Assembly: GCA_963682135.1 (NCBI GenBank)
Contig: OY821645.1
Coordinates: forward strand, 896,001 to 960,000
DNA length: 64,000 nucleotides
From: Methanothrix sp.
Lineage (GTDB): Archaea; Halobacteriota; Methanosarcinia; Methanotrichales; Methanotrichaceae
Direction: 5' to 3'
Shown here: piece by piece, positions 28,238-39,735 of the stretch
How positions within the stretch are numbered: position 1 is the first letter of the stretch
How the letters are laid out: every line of letters begins with the position of its first letter
Notes under the pieces: model-generated
Told to the model about the DNA's origin: nothing
The model's database searches: none
The model's input: the letters and a program-made list of their open reading frames with translations, nothing else
Made by a program: the position numbers and the translations under genes

Positions 28238-31237
28238 ATGAGCATTTGCTTAGACCCCAGGCGAAGATACTTTCGCAGCGCTCTGATGATGTCAGCCATC
28301 ATCGTGATTATGTATTTGGCCCTGTTGATTTTAGTTGGAAATGATCTGAAGTCTCGCATCATGATTGATGATTTGCTCTTTCCGATATTCAATGGGCTGG
28401 CAGCAATCGGCTTGCTATACGCGGCCTTTCGCTCTAGGATCTATGGACGACGTGCCTGCCTTGCCTGGACCTTTTTGTTTATGGGCCAGCTCTCTTTTAT
28501 GCTGGGAGACATAACCTGGGCGGCCCTGGAGTTAGTCCTTCATCAAGAGCCTATAGCATCAGTAGCCGACGTTTTTTATCTATTGTATTATCCCCTATTT
28601 GCTCTAGGCATTCTTCTCTTACCAGCAGTACCATTGACTCATAAAGAGTCCCATAAGCTGCTCTTGGACACAGGGATCGTAATGATCTCGGCAATCCTGG
28701 TCTTTTGGGCTTTCCTGATTGTGCCAACTATTGCTGCCAACAAAGATTACACATTGGTTTTAATGGTCTCGCTGGCCTATCCTGTGATGGATTTGATTCT
28801 ATTTTTTGCCTTGCTGCAATTGCTCTTTCGAACACGCCAGTCTGCTAAACAAGGACCATTAATGCTGCTATCAGTCGGCATTGCCATACAGATCATCACA
28901 GACGCTACATATCTGCTGCAATCACTCCAAGAAACATATGCAACAGGCAACCTTTTGGACCTAGGATGGCTAGCAAGCTATGCTTTTGCTGGTCTGGCCG
29001 GAGTGCTGCAGGCGGATACCAGTAAGCTTAACTCAAATGATTCACCCTATAAAATCGAATCGCGAGGGGAACAATTCGTCTGGCTTTCTTATTTCCCCTA
29101 TCTTTGTGCTGTAGCAGCCTACATTATGCTCATTTGGAGCCGCTACCACCTGACCGATTCGTTTTCAGCCTTTTCATGGGGCATTGGTGTTATCATAGGA
29201 CTCGTTATCCTTCGCCAGGTCGTAGCACTGAATGAAAATGTGCATCTTTATAATGAGGCCAAGGTGGAGATCGATGAGCGCAAGAGAGCTGAGAAGCTGC
29301 TTATGCAAAGCGAGGAACGTTATCGCGACGTCTTCGAGGCCGCACCGGATGTGATCTTCACTATTTCATCAAAGGATGCAACCATTACATCTCTCAACTC
29401 TGCTTTTGAAAAATTCTCCGGATGGGATGCAGCAGAGTGGCTTGGAAAACCTTTTACGAAGATCATTCATCCTGAAGATCTTCCTATCGCCTTGGAGATG
29501 TTCCACGATACCCTGGAAGGAAAGAAAGCACGAACCCGCGAATTGAGGTGCCTATCCAATTCCGGTGAGTATCTGACTGCTGAGATCATAGGCGTTCCCC
29601 TGATTGAAAGCGGAAAGATCGTAGGAAAGCTTGGCTTCGCTCGAGACATTACCGAGCGCAAGCAAGCGGAAGTAGAACTGCAAAGAGCTAAGGAAGCGGC
29701 GGAAGCGTCAACCAAAGCCAAATCTGAGTTCCTGGCCAATATGAGCCACGAGATACGTACACCCATGAATGCCGTTATCGGCATGACGGGGCTGCTACTG
29801 GAGGCCGACTTAGCAGAGGAACAGCGTGATTATTTGGAGACTATTCGCAGCAGTGGAAATACATTGTTAGCTCTTATCAATGACATCCTGGACTTCTCCA
29901 AGATAGAAGGCGGCAAACTGGAGCTGGAATGCCGGCTTTTTAACCTGAGAAATGGAGTGGAGGACTCTTTGGACCTGGTGGCTGCCAATGCCGCCGAAAA
30001 AGGTCTGGAGATCGTATGCACTTTTGAGAATAATGTACCAGACACTGTAATTGGGGATGTTACCAGGCTCTGCCAGATATTGGTCAATCTCCTGGGTAAT
30101 GCTGTGAAGTTTACCGAGAAGGGGGAAGTAGTGTTATCAATTAGCTCTTTGCCCATGGAGCGGGGAAAAATCGAGCTCTATTTCGCAATTAGGGACACAG
30201 GTATCGGGATATCTAAGGATCGAATGGACAGGCTGTTCCGGTCCTTCAGCCAGGTTGATTCTTCCACTACCAGACATTACGGAGGGACCGGACTAGGTCT
30301 GGCCATAAGCAAACGCCTTGTCGAAATGATGGGGGGAAGGATCTGGGCAGAGAGCGAACCGGGAAAGGGGAGCACTTTCCAGTTCACCATAATTGCAAAG
30401 TCACTTGCACCAAAAGATGCCGTCCTTACGAACCCCATTCTGATTGGAAAGCGAATTCTTGTGGTCTACAAAAATGACCTGGCCAGAAGCATGCTGGCAG
30501 AAGCCGCGCGGTCTTGGGGGATGATTCCAACAACAGCAACCAGTGGAAAATCCGCTCTAGAAATGCTTGCTGCAGAGGCCTTTGACTTTGTGATTCTGGA
30601 CGGCGCATTGCCTGATGTAGATATCGGATCCCTTTCCAGGGAGGTTAAGAGGGGCAAGAGTGCAGACACTCTATGCGTGATATTCATTCCCATCGGTTAC
30701 AGCCTCTCGCGAGATACATTGATCGATGGTTGGCTGACCAAGCCCATCAAGCTCACCCAGCTTCATAATTTGCTGATAGAGCTTCTCTTGCCGAAAAGTG
30801 ATTCTAAACCGAGCATTACCTGCTCTAAGCCTTCACCAGGCGAGATTAGCGAGCGCAATCTGCGTATTCTCGTGGCGGAAGACAATCCCGTCAATCAGAA
30901 AGTCGCTCTTAGCATGTTAAAGCGTATTGGATATCGGGCTGATGTAGCTGCAAATGGCTTTGAAGTTCTGCAGGCATTGGAGAGGCAGCCCTATGATGTT
31001 GTACTGATGGATGTGCAGATGCCGGAGATGGACGGCTTTGAAGCAACGCGCCGCATTCGAAGCTCTGGATCTAAGGTCTGCATAATAGCTATAACAGCCC
31101 ACGCGCTTAATGGTGATAGAGAAGCCTGTCTGTATGCGGGCATGGACGAATATATCAGTAAACCGATCCGAATGGAAGAGCTGCAAAAGGCGCTGGAAAA
31201 ATGCGTCGCAGTATCCGCTGAGGCTAAAGGACCGTGA
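28238..31237 (+). CDS. Membrane-bound PAS hybrid histidine kinase with two receiver domains (first degenerate)
   Basis: Multi-TM N-terminus, [11 protein letters not shown], HATPase, REC x2. Confidence 0.92.
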   Translation: MSICLDPRRRYFRSALMMSAIIVIMYLALLILVGNDLKSRIMIDDLLFPIFNGLAAIGLLYAAFRSRIYGRRACLAWTFLFMGQLSFMLGDITWAALELVLHQEPIASVADVFYLLYYPLFALGILLLPAVPLTHKESHKLLLDTGIVMISAILVFWAFLIVPTIAANKDYTLVLMVSLAYPVMDLILFFALLQLLFRTRQSAKQGPLMLLSVGIAIQIITDATYLLQSLQETYATGNLLDLGWLASYAFAGLAGVLQADTSKLNSNDSPYKIESRGEQFVWLSYFPYLCAVAAYIMLIWSRYHLTDSFSAFSWGIGVIIGLVILRQVVALNENVHLYNEAKVEIDERKRAEKLLMQSEERYRDVFEAAPDVIFTISSKDATITSLNSAFEKFSGWDAAEWLGKPFTKIIHPEDLPIALEMFHDTLEGKKARTRELRCLSNSGEYLTAEIIGVPLIESGKIVGKLGFARDITERKQAEVELQRAKEAAEASTKAKSEFLANMSHEIRTPMNAVIGMTGLLLEADLAEEQRDYLETIRSSGNTLLALINDILDFSKIEGGKLELECRLFNLRNGVEDSLDLVAANAAEKGLEIVCTFENNVPDTVIGDVTRLCQILVNLLGNAVKFTEKGEVVLSISSLPMERGKIELYFAIRDTGIGISKDRMDRLFRSFSQVDSSTTRHYGGTGLGLAISKRLVEMMGGRIWAESEPGKGSTFQFTIIAKSLAPKDAVLTNPILIGKRILVVYKNDLARSMLAEAARSWGMIPTTATSGKSALEMLAAEAFDFVILDGALPDVDIGSLSREVKRGKSADTLCVIFIPIGYSLSRDTLIDGWLTKPIKLTQLHNLLIELLLPKSDSKPSITCSKPSPGEISERNLRILVAEDNPVNQKVALSMLKRIGYRADVAANGFEVLQALERQPYDVVLMDVQMPEMDGFEATRRIRSSGSKVCIIAITAHALNGDREACLYAGMDEYISKPIRMEELQKALEKCVAVSAEAKGP

Positions 31238-31256
31238 GAAGGTAAGTGGATCTCAT

Positions 31257-31802
31257 ATGATTTCTTTTATCGAGTCTGTAAATTCCTGGCGAGATTTTTA
31301 TATGCTGACGGGGTCAGCCTCAGCCACTCTTGTCGGCCTGATCTTTGTCGCAGTTACATTGCACATTGATGTCATAGCCGAGGCAAAAAAGTCAAGCGAT
31401 ATACGCATGTTGGCTGAAGAGATATTTATAAATTTCTTGATGATTTTATCATTTGCCTTCATATTCGTGGTTCCTTCCGATTCACCGTCGGGATTAGGCT
31501 ATCCACTTCTCATTTTAGGAGCATTGCAGCTGGCTCATACTTCGGTCCTTTGGCTGAGGTTTTTAAGGAGCAAGGGTGAGAACAGAGCCTTCGCATCAAG
31601 TATGATCTTGAGAGGGTTATTGATCCCTAACACGATCTGTTACATGACCATTATAGCAATAGGCGCAGACGTCTTGCAGGGGAAGACTCGCTACCTGGGC
31701 TGGATGGTGATGGTAATAGTATGGCTGACCATTGCAGCCGTCGAGAATACCTGGCATTTGATGATGAGAGTTGCTGAACTAAAGCAGAAGCGTCAGGATT
31801 GA
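31257..31802 (+). CDS. Hypothetical membrane protein
   Basis: WRDFYMLTGSASATLVGLIFVAVTL, about 5 TM segments. Confidence 0.75.
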   Translation: MISFIESVNSWRDFYMLTGSASATLVGLIFVAVTLHIDVIAEAKKSSDIRMLAEEIFINFLMILSFAFIFVVPSDSPSGLGYPLLILGALQLAHTSVLWLRFLRSKGENRAFASSMILRGLLIPNTICYMTIIAIGADVLQGKTRYLGWMVMVIVWLTIAAVENTWHLMMRVAELKQKRQD

Positions 31803-31878
31803 TGGCTGAAAAAGTATTTAGGCATGAATGGCAAGCATCATCTCCGATGCAGCCGCATAGAAATGGGGGACGTGCCCT

Positions 31879-33063
31879 CTGAACGACGATTTATGGGTCA
31901 TCTCCTTCTTGGGCAAAGACCGGCCCGGACTTATCCGTGATATCCTGGATGAGCCTGCCCAGCAGAATGTGAATATCGTGGATTTGGATCAGCGAGTGAT
32001 GCAGGGCATATTCACCATGTCTGTAGTGGCTGATTTTTCCAATGCGCGTGTCACTGCCAGCGAGCTGCAGGCATGGCTGCAAAGAAAGGCCGAGGATCTC
32101 GGCATTCAATTCAACTTCCTGCCCCTGGGCCAGTACCGGGGCCGGCGCAAAGCGAAGAAAAGCCTGCACGTGGTCACCATTCTGGCCAAAGACCGGCCAG
32201 GCATCATCCGCGATGCGGCAAACGTTGCTGCTGGAAATGTTGTGAACATCGAAAGGGCATCGGTAACGGCTCGGGGCGATCTCATCTCTATCGAATTTAT
32301 TATGGACTTTTCCGAGTGCGATGAAGATAATTGCAAAGCCAGGCTGAAGAAGGATTGTGAGCTTCTGGGGCTGGATGTGGTGATTCAGGATCTGGGCCGC
32401 TCACGCAAAGAGAAGCGGCTCATCGTTTTTGATATGGACATGACCATTGTCGATTTTGAGATCATCAACAAGCTGGCGGGGTTTGCAGGAGTAGACGAGC
32501 AGGTAAAAGCGATTACTGAGAAGGCCATGAACGGGGAGATGGACTTCAAGGAGTCGCTGCGCCAGAGGGTGCGCCTCCTCAAGGGGATGCCTGAGAGGTC
32601 CTTGCAGGAGATTGCATCAGATCTGCAGCTTACCCCCGGATCTGAGGAGCTTTTGCATCACCTCAAGCACTTAGGCTACAAGATCGCACTCATCAGCGGC
32701 GGATTTACCTATTTTACCGATGTGCTCAAAGAGCAGCTGGGCTTCGACTACACCTTTGCCAATGAGCTGGAGATTGAGAACGGCTTTCTCACCGGCGAGA
32801 TCAAGGGGGATATCATCGATGCTGAGGCCAAGGGGGGCATCATCTACCGGCTGGCAGAGCTGGAGAATATCAGCCCGGACAGCATAGTGGCCGTGGGCGA
32901 CGGAGCTAACGACTGTCTGATGATCAAGAACGCTGGCCTTGGTGTGGCCTTCAATGCCAAAGAGGTTCTGAAGAAGGTATCCGACGGCTCACTGTCCCGG
33001 GAGAACCTGCTGGGGCTGCTCAATGTGCTGGGCCTGGCAGAGAAGGATAAAGAAATACCTTGA
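31879..33063 (+). CDS. serB: Phosphoserine phosphatase with two ACT domains (probable CTG start)
   Basis: GKDRPG and AKDRPG ACT motifs, FDMDMT, SGGF, GDGAND. Confidence 0.92.
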   Translation: MNDDLWVISFLGKDRPGLIRDILDEPAQQNVNIVDLDQRVMQGIFTMSVVADFSNARVTASELQAWLQRKAEDLGIQFNFLPLGQYRGRRKAKKSLHVVTILAKDRPGIIRDAANVAAGNVVNIERASVTARGDLISIEFIMDFSECDEDNCKARLKKDCELLGLDVVIQDLGRSRKEKRLIVFDMDMTIVDFEIINKLAGFAGVDEQVKAITEKAMNGEMDFKESLRQRVRLLKGMPERSLQEIASDLQLTPGSEELLHHLKHLGYKIALISGGFTYFTDVLKEQLGFDYTFANELEIENGFLTGEIKGDIIDAEAKGGIIYRLAELENISPDSIVAVGDGANDCLMIKNAGLGVAFNAKEVLKKVSDGSLSRENLLGLLNVLGLAEKDKEIP

Positions 33064-33729
33064 TTTGATTGAGAGACACTCACAGCACTTCCCTGGTGGC
33101 AGCGCCGAGCTGGGCCTTTTCGGAGAGGATGGCCAGGAACCTATCTCAGGGCCTGGGTGGAAGACGGATGGCTGGAGAAAGGCAAGTCAGTCACGCTGCG
33201 CCCGAACCTGTAGTTTATCGGCAAAATATCGGCAGCTTATCGGCAACGATTCAGAGAAGAGCGGAGAACAATTAAAGATGTAGTTAAATAAATAATTTTC
33301 AGTTAATCTGCCCGAAGAAAATCTCGATCAAAAGTGGCAATCTGTTTGATGTCATTAAATATTCCTCCAATCTCGCTCCCAGGAAAAAGAGCTTGTGGAC
33401 AGAGAGGTGGCGAGGCAGGCAATGGCGGACTGGATCACTGGCTTGAGACGGATCTGGAGAGAATGATTAATCAGCTGATGATGTTGGATTTATTTTTGAT
33501 GAATACCTCGCAGCTTGCTGCGCGGGTGCGCCGCCGCAATTTCACTTGCATCTCATGGATGGTTAATCTGTGCGATACAAAAACGCTTTCATCTCATACA
33601 TGCGACACAAATCATTGTTCTGGGGAGGTAAGCCTGGCCAGGCAGCCTATTGCAGATGGATTTGAGCACCCTGACTCACTAAAGCTTCTGCTTTAACGCA
33701 GAGGCTCGCAAGAATTTCAGCTTGGAGCA

Positions 33730-33797
33730 AATTTGCGCGTCATCCGTGACGCACAAATTGGTTTGTGCGACATATTTGGCGAAATATGACGCGCAGA
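33730..33797. repeat. Two adjacent inverted repeats built from one motif (TYTGYGCGWCA x4)
   Basis: AATTTGCGCGTCA-TCCG-TGACGCACAAATT and TTTGTGCGACATATTT-GGCG-AAATATGACGCGCAGA. Confidence 0.75.
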
Positions 33798-34071
33798 TAA
33801 ATTTAAATGAAATCTATGACACAATGAGATAATCAATTGGTCAGACTCCCAGAAATTGGCATCTTTTCACAAATATATCTCGAATCCAAGGAGTATTATC
33901 TCTTGAACATCATTGGCCGATGCGAGGGTGTTCTCTTTCCGGATAGTCAAGTTATTAAGCTAGGAGAACAAAAGAAAAGCTCCAAAATTCGTATCGCTCG
34001 GAAAAAGCATTTATACTTGTTTCTGCGTAAGGGTTCTGGTTTGTTCCTTATCATTTGGAGGATTGAAGGAT

Positions 34072-34536
34072 TTGACAACTGTTTACGACGTACCTCCCCA
34101 TGACTTAATAGCTGCCGTGGCCCAGGAGCTAAAGGCGGCGGGCAAGGTTCAGCCCCCGGAATGGGCTGAGTTTGCCAAGACTGGGGTAAATAGAGAGATG
34201 CCCCCCACGAACCCAGATTGGTGGTTTGTGCGGTGCGCATCAGTATTGCGCAGGATATACATCGACGGCCCGGTGGGCGTTTCCCGCCTTAGAAGCTTCT
34301 ACGGCGGAAAGCACCGCAAGGGTGTAGCTACTGGATTCTTCTGCAAAGGCAGCGGCTCAGTGGCAAGAGAGTCACTGCAGCAACTGGAGAAGGCCGGCTA
34401 CGTGAAGAAGCTGAAGAAAGGACGCCAAATGACCCCGGCAGGTCAGGCATACCTTGATGGAGTAGCCCATAAGATAAGAAGCCAGATGCAAGGCTCTTCT
34501 GCACCAGCAGCAGAACCTGCTGTCGAATCGACATAA
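34072..34536 (+). CDS. rps19e: 30S ribosomal protein S19e
   Basis: TTVYDVP...PEWAEFAKTG...WWFVRCAS; TTG start after GGAGG. Confidence 0.96.
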   Translation: MTTVYDVPPHDLIAAVAQELKAAGKVQPPEWAEFAKTGVNREMPPTNPDWWFVRCASVLRRIYIDGPVGVSRLRSFYGGKHRKGVATGFFCKGSGSVARESLQQLEKAGYVKKLKKGRQMTPAGQAYLDGVAHKIRSQMQGSSAPAAEPAVEST

Positions 34537-34561
34537 AGCTTAAGCGAGGAAAGGAAAAAGT

Positions 34562-34903
34562 ATGGCTGATGATGAGCTTGCAGATTTAAGACGAAAGAGG
34601 ATGGACCAGATCCAAAAACAGCAGGTGGATTCGCAGATGGCTGCGGCTCAACAAGAGCAGGCCCAACAAGAGATGGAAGCCAAAAAAGCATCCTTGATGA
34701 GGACCATTCTCACTCCCGAAGCAAGGGACCGGCTCAATGCAATACGCATGACCAAGCCTGAGTTCGTCGCTCAGATTGAAGGTCAGCTCATCATGCTTGC
34801 TCAAAGCGGCAGGCTGAGGGGCGCAATCACAGACGAACAACTCAAGGCGATCCTCAAGCAGGCACAGCCCAAGAAGCGAGACATCACCATAACCAGGAGA
34901 TAA
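34562..34903 (+). CDS. PDCD5/MTH1615-family DNA-binding protein
   Basis: LTPEARDRL...LIMLAQSGR. Confidence 0.92.
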   Translation: MADDELADLRRKRMDQIQKQQVDSQMAAAQQEQAQQEMEAKKASLMRTILTPEARDRLNAIRMTKPEFVAQIEGQLIMLAQSGRLRGAITDEQLKAILKQAQPKKRDITITRR

Positions 34904-34928
34904 AGCGGCTGATAGCTGTAGGCAGTTC

Positions 34929-35585
34929 ATGAAGGTTGCAGTCTTGTTTTCCGGCGGAAAAGATAGCAGCCTGGCGGCTCTTCTTCTCGAACCGTTCTTT
35001 GACGAGATAGAGCTTGTCACCTTCAGCTTCGGCCATGATGATACCTGGATGAGAGCGGCTGATGCCGCACGAGAGCTTGACCATCCCCATAGGAGGATGG
35101 TATTTGTTGATGGCGTCCTGGAGCAGGCCCTGGAGATACTGCTTCGCACGGGCTATCCCAACGATGCTCTCAATTATGTTCATCCTATTGCAGTAGAAAC
35201 AATAGCTAAAGAGTGCGAATTTGTGGCGGACGGGACGAGGCGGGATGATCGCGCACCCAAAATGGGTTTCAGCGCCATTCGAAGCCTGGAAGACCGGTTG
35301 CATATGCAATACTTAAGACCCCTGGCGGGCCTGGGTCAAAAGACCATCCGGGCCATGGCCTCGCGCTATTTGGACTTCGAGGAAGAGCTATCCGAGAGGT
35401 ATCCTGCCTCAGACTTTGAGGTGGGCCTGAGATATGCGCTAAAAGAGAGATGCGGCCAGGCTAAGGTCGATGAGATTTTCCCCTCCAATCATACGCACAC
35501 CAGAGTCATTCGGAGGAAGAGATATGTCCAAGAAATTAAAGGGCAAGAAGATCAGGCTTGCCAAGGCGTTCAATCAGAATCGTAG
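34929..35585 (+). CDS. PP-loop ATPase conserved in the rps19e operon
   Basis: [17 protein letters not shown]. Confidence 0.85.
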   Translation: MKVAVLFSGGKDSSLAALLLEPFFDEIELVTFSFGHDDTWMRAADAARELDHPHRRMVFVDGVLEQALEILLRTGYPNDALNYVHPIAVETIAKECEFVADGTRRDDRAPKMGFSAIRSLEDRLHMQYLRPLAGLGQKTIRAMASRYLDFEEELSERYPASDFEVGLRYALKERCGQAKVDEIFPSNHTHTRVIRRKRYVQEIKGQEDQACQGVQSES

Positions 35586-35676
35586 GGTACCCTCCTGGGT
35601 TATTGTCAAGACCATGAGGCAGGTAGTCACTCATCCCAAGAGACGACATTGGAGAAGAAGCAGCTTAGAGAGATAG
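35524..35676 (+). CDS. rpl39e: 50S ribosomal protein L39e
   Basis: QNRRVPSWV...HPKRRHWRR. Confidence 0.95.
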   Translation: MSKKLKGKKIRLAKAFNQNRRVPSWVIVKTMRQVVTHPKRRHWRRSSLER

Positions 35677-35678
35677 AC

Positions 35679-35945
35679 ATGGCGGACACAGAAAGAGTTT
35701 ACACTATACCCCTGGGCATAGTCAAGTGCGCTCCCATTTACAGAAGGTCCAACCGGGCCATAACCGAGATCAGAAGCTACCTCGCCCGGCATATGAAAGT
35801 AGCAAAGAATAACATAAAGATCGACCCCGGCCTGAGCGAAGTCATCTGGGCCAGAGGCGATATGAAGCCTCCCCGGCGCGTAAGGGTACGCGCAGTCAAG
35901 TTCGAAGACGGCGGAGTTGAGGCGGAGTTTGCTGGTGACAGATAA
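35679..35945 (+). CDS. rpl31e: 50S ribosomal protein L31e
   Basis: ERVYTIPL...IWARG. Confidence 0.95.
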   Translation: MADTERVYTIPLGIVKCAPIYRRSNRAITEIRSYLARHMKVAKNNIKIDPGLSEVIWARGDMKPPRRVRVRAVKFEDGGVEAEFAGDR

Positions 35946-36600
35946 GCGAATAAAGATAGCAGGAAGCAGCCTTATCGGAGTATTTGCCAAATGCACGGAG
36001 AAGGTTCTCCTCGTGCCGCAGGAAGTTGGCGAAGCCGATAGGCAAGTTCTCGAAGCCGGGCTGAAAGTGCCGGCGGTGCAGGTACTGGCCGGAGTAGGCT
36101 CCGTCTTGGGTTCCCTGGTCGCGGCCAACAGCAATGGCTTCGTGGTAACCCATCATGCCGGCAATGAAGAGATCGAGATTCTTCGCGAACATGGCCGGGT
36201 AGCTAGGCTGCCGGCCAGGATCAATGCCGCAGGCAATGTGATACTGGTCAACGACAGCGCTGCTCTGGTCCATGCGGAGCTGTCCGGCAGGGCTTGCGAA
36301 ACGATAGAGCAGACCCTGGGCGTGAAAGTGGAAAAAGGCACCATCGGCGGCCTCAAGACCGTGGGGATGGCGGGTGTCGCAACCAACAAAGGGCTTCTTG
36401 TGCATCCACGCGTCTCTGAAGAGGAGATAGCCGTCCTGGAGAGGCTCTTTGAGTTGCCTGTGGATGTGGGCACAGTGAACCTCGGCTCGCCGCTGGTGGG
36501 CTCAGGAGTGCTGGCCAACAGCCACGGTTACTTCGCAGGTGTTGGAACCTCCGGCCCGGAGCTGGGGCGCATCGAGGACGCGTTAGGCTTCCTGGTTTGA
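35935..36600 (+). CDS. eif6: Translation initiation factor aIF-6 (start within 35929-35935)
   Basis: NAAGNVILVND, GTVNLGSPLVGSG, TSGPELGRIEDALG. Confidence 0.93.
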   Translation: MTDKRIKIAGSSLIGVFAKCTEKVLLVPQEVGEADRQVLEAGLKVPAVQVLAGVGSVLGSLVAANSNGFVVTHHAGNEEIEILREHGRVARLPARINAAGNVILVNDSAALVHAELSGRACETIEQTLGVKVEKGTIGGLKTVGMAGVATNKGLLVHPRVSEEEIAVLERLFELPVDVGTVNLGSPLVGSGVLANSHGYFAGVGTSGPELGRIEDALGFLV

Positions 36601-36649
36601 TGATTTCAGTAACATTCCAGTAATTTTTGAAAATAGTAGGGGTGGAATA

Positions 36650-36838
36650 GTGAGCAAATTCGAGATCAAAGGAAAGTACAAGGGAGGACTTGTCGGCAAG
36701 ACCTGGCTGCCCTTTAGCAAGGTTGTAGAGAGCCAGAACGAGAAGAATGCCGAAAATAAAGTCTATTCCCTCATGGGAAGCGAACACGGCCTGAAGAGAG
36801 GCCTCATCAAGATAGACGAGGTGTTGGCTGTTGAGTAG
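36650..36838 (+). CDS. rpl18a: 50S ribosomal protein L18Ae/LX
   Basis: YSLMGSEHGLKR; conserved synteny. Confidence 0.9.
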   Translation: MSKFEIKGKYKGGLVGKTWLPFSKVVESQNEKNAENKVYSLMGSEHGLKRGLIKIDEVLAVE

Positions 36839-37307
36839 CGCTCCTGGAGGCGAGGAGGAAGTCAGAAGACTCCTGGCCGCATATCAGCAGTATCAGGCTC
36901 AGGCGGACGGCATCATGCAGCAGCTAAACCTGACGCAGATCACCGCCGAGGGCCTGGAAAGGGCACTGATTGCAGTAGAGGCCCTGGACACGGCACAAGT
37001 AGGACAGGAGATTCTCGTCCCCATTGGATCGGGGTCTTTTATCCACGGAAACCTTGCCTCTAAGGAGAAAGTAGTCTTGAATGTAGGCGCGGGCGTCAGC
37101 ATCGAAAAGACCGCAGCCGAGGCCAAGGATATTCTGAAAGTAAGGAAGGCAGAGGTTCTTGAAGGATCAAAGAAGCTCAGTGAAGTGCTTGCCAAGATCG
37201 ATCAAGAGATGCAGAAGATCCAGGCCATAATGCAGCAATTTGAAGAGAGCGCAAATCAACATCAGCATCAACATCAACACGCCGCGGGGAGCGAAAGTAT
37301 TGTTTAG
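36831..37307 (+). CDS. pfdA: Prefoldin alpha subunit
   Basis: EILVPIGSGSFI, VGAGVSIEK; QH-repeat tail. Confidence 0.93.
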   Translation: MSSAPGGEEEVRRLLAAYQQYQAQADGIMQQLNLTQITAEGLERALIAVEALDTAQVGQEILVPIGSGSFIHGNLASKEKVVLNVGAGVSIEKTAAEAKDILKVRKAEVLEGSKKLSEVLAKIDQEMQKIQAIMQQFEESANQHQHQHQHAAGSESIV

Positions 37308-38469
37308 TCGCTTCAAGGAGAAGCTTTCCGGCTTCAAAGAGGCATTGTCCTCCAAGATTGCCGAGAAGGTCTCCCAGGCCGAGAAGCTGGCCGGAAAGAA
37401 AGATGATGATAAAGAGATAAAAAGCCAGGCCAAAGCACTCCCTATGGCAGATAAGAATGCTGCCCAGGTGAAGTCTCCTGCGCCTGATGGGGCTTCATCT
37501 CGTGCCTCCCCAGCAAAGCCTTCTCTGTTTCCGGAAAAGACGACCGAAGCCAACAATAAGCCCAAGAGCCGTTTCTCCTTCCTGGAAAAGGCCAAGAGCC
37601 TGATATTTGAGCAGGAAGTAATCCTGGAAGAGAAGGATCTGGAGGAGCCCATGTGGGCCCTGGAGATGGCCCTCATGGAGAGCGACGTGGCCCTGCCCGT
37701 GGCGGAAGAGATAGTCAGAGAGGTCAAGAGCAATCTGGTGGGAATGAAGAGGAAGATCGGCGCGGACACAGGTGCCATCGCCGAGCAGTCCCTGCGAAAT
37801 GCTCTCTTGACGCTTCTTTCCAGGAACTATCTGGACTTTGACGAGTACATCAAGAGCAAAGAAAAGCCGGTCAAGATTCTCTTCGTTGGCGTGAACGGCA
37901 CGGGAAAGACGACCAGCATTGCCAAAGTTGCCAGGTATCTGATGAACCAGAGCTACTCCGTAGTCCTGGCGGCAGGCGATACCTTCCGAGCCGGAGCCAT
38001 TGAGCAGCTTGAGGTGCACGGCAATAGCCTGGGCCTAAAGGTCGTCAAGCACAAGACGGGCGGCGACCCGGCGGCTGTGATCTTTGATGCCGTGGAGTAT
38101 GCCAAGGCACACAACAAGGATGTAGTGCTGGCGGATACTGCCGGAAGGCTACATACCAACATCAATCTCATGGATCAAATGAGAAAGATCGTGCGCGTGA
38201 CAAAACCCGATCTGCTCATCTTCGTGGATGAAGCAATAGCCGGCAACGATGCTGTGGAGAGGGCGCGCCTCTTCAACGAGTCAGTGCCCATCGACGGCTC
38301 CATTCTCACCAAGACGGATGCCGACGCCAAAGGCGGCTCCGCAATCTCCATCGCCTACATCACAGGCAAGCCCGTGCTCTTTTTGGGCATAGGCCAGACC
38401 TATCCAGACCTGGTGAAGTTCGAGCCGGAGTGGCTGGTGGACAGGCTGATGGGAGAGGCGGAAACGTAG
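37300..38469 (+). CDS. ftsY: SRP receptor FtsY
   Basis: GVNGTGKTT, DTFRAGA, DTAGR, TKTD, GIGQ; TTG start. Confidence 0.96.
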   Translation: MFSRFKEKLSGFKEALSSKIAEKVSQAEKLAGKKDDDKEIKSQAKALPMADKNAAQVKSPAPDGASSRASPAKPSLFPEKTTEANNKPKSRFSFLEKAKSLIFEQEVILEEKDLEEPMWALEMALMESDVALPVAEEIVREVKSNLVGMKRKIGADTGAIAEQSLRNALLTLLSRNYLDFDEYIKSKEKPVKILFVGVNGTGKTTSIAKVARYLMNQSYSVVLAAGDTFRAGAIEQLEVHGNSLGLKVVKHKTGGDPAAVIFDAVEYAKAHNKDVVLADTAGRLHTNINLMDQMRKIVRVTKPDLLIFVDEAIAGNDAVERARLFNESVPIDGSILTKTDADAKGGSAISIAYITGKPVLFLGIGQTYPDLVKFEPEWLVDRLMGEAET

Positions 38470-38485
38470 CGATTTATTCTTATTT

Positions 38486-39662
38486 TTAAGGTAGGACAAT
38501 CGCGGCATTAATGGCGTCCAAAGCCTCTTTATGGCGCCCAAGCTTATTGAGGGCAGTGGATTTGGTTGCCAAAGCTGATTTATCCTTAGGGTCTATTTTA
38601 ATAGTTTCCTCTGTACACTCAATGGCTAGCTCATATTTGCCCAATTCATTGAGTGCATTCCCTTTATTGGTCCAAGCTTGAGCGTACTGCGAGTTGATCT
38701 TTAGAGCCTGATCATATGCAACTATGGCCTCATCGTATATTGCCAATTGCGTCGAGAGCCAAACCTTTGTTATTCAAGGCTTGAGCATCCTTTGAATCGA
38801 TTTTTAAGGCTTGATCGTAGGCATCAATGGCTTCTTCATGCTTGCCTAGACCATCGAGAGCGCAGCCTTTGTTGCCCCAAGCTTCAGGGTATTGCGAATT
38901 GATCTTTAGAGCCTGATCATAAGCAATGATGGCTTCTTCGTTCTTGCCCAGACCATAGAGAGCATTGCCTTTGTTGTACCAAGCTTCTGCAAGCCGCGGA
39001 TTAATCTGGATGGCTCGATCGCAGGAAATGATGGCTTCCTCATGCTTGCTCTGGTAATTGAGAGCATTTCCTTTGTTATTCCAAGCTTCAGCAAACTGCG
39101 AATCGATCTGGATAGCTTGATCGAAGGCAATGATAGCTTGCTCATACTTGCCCAGTTCGATCAAAGCAGTGCCTTCATTGTAGCAGGCATCCTCAAACTG
39201 CGGATTGATCTTGATAGCTTGGTCGTAGGCGATGATGGCTTCTTCATACTTGCTTTGACCATAGAGAGCATTGCCTTTATTGTACCAGGCTTCAGCAAAC
39301 TGTGGATTGATTTTTATTGCCAGATCACAGGCATCAATAGCACCCTCATAGTTGTTGAGATCATTGAGAGCTACGCCTTTGCCATTCCATGCATCGGCGA
39401 GTTGCGGATCGATATTTATCGCTTCATCCCATGCTTGAATGGCTTCTTCATATTCTCCTTGGTCGTACCGTTCGATGCCCCGATTAAACCAATCATCAGC
39501 TGTCCCTTTGTCGAGCCCAATGTTCAGTGTTTGCGGCGCGAATGCTGAATTCCCGCCCCAGGCAAATGCGGGCATACAAAGAAGCATCCCGACAAGAAAG
39601 ATGATAGTTAGAATATATCTCGTTAGCAGAATATCACCACCCAATCCTTGTATCTTTATCAA
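38486..39662 (-). pseudogene. Secreted TPR-repeat protein with a +1 frameshift near 38740
   Basis: Signal peptide then 34-aa repeats (AWYNKG.AL..LGKYEEAI..YDQA); GGC AA(T)A TAC restores GKYDEAI if one base is removed. Confidence 0.8.
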
Positions 39663-39735
39663 TACTTAAAGATTGATACAGATAGTCCATCCTGAACTCT
39701 CAGCGTAACCCGCGTGATACCATGACCGAAGAGCC

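Noticed and set aside
33334-33696. 120-aa ORF in the serB-rps19e gap
   Set aside because: No SD, no motif and atypical composition; left uncalled
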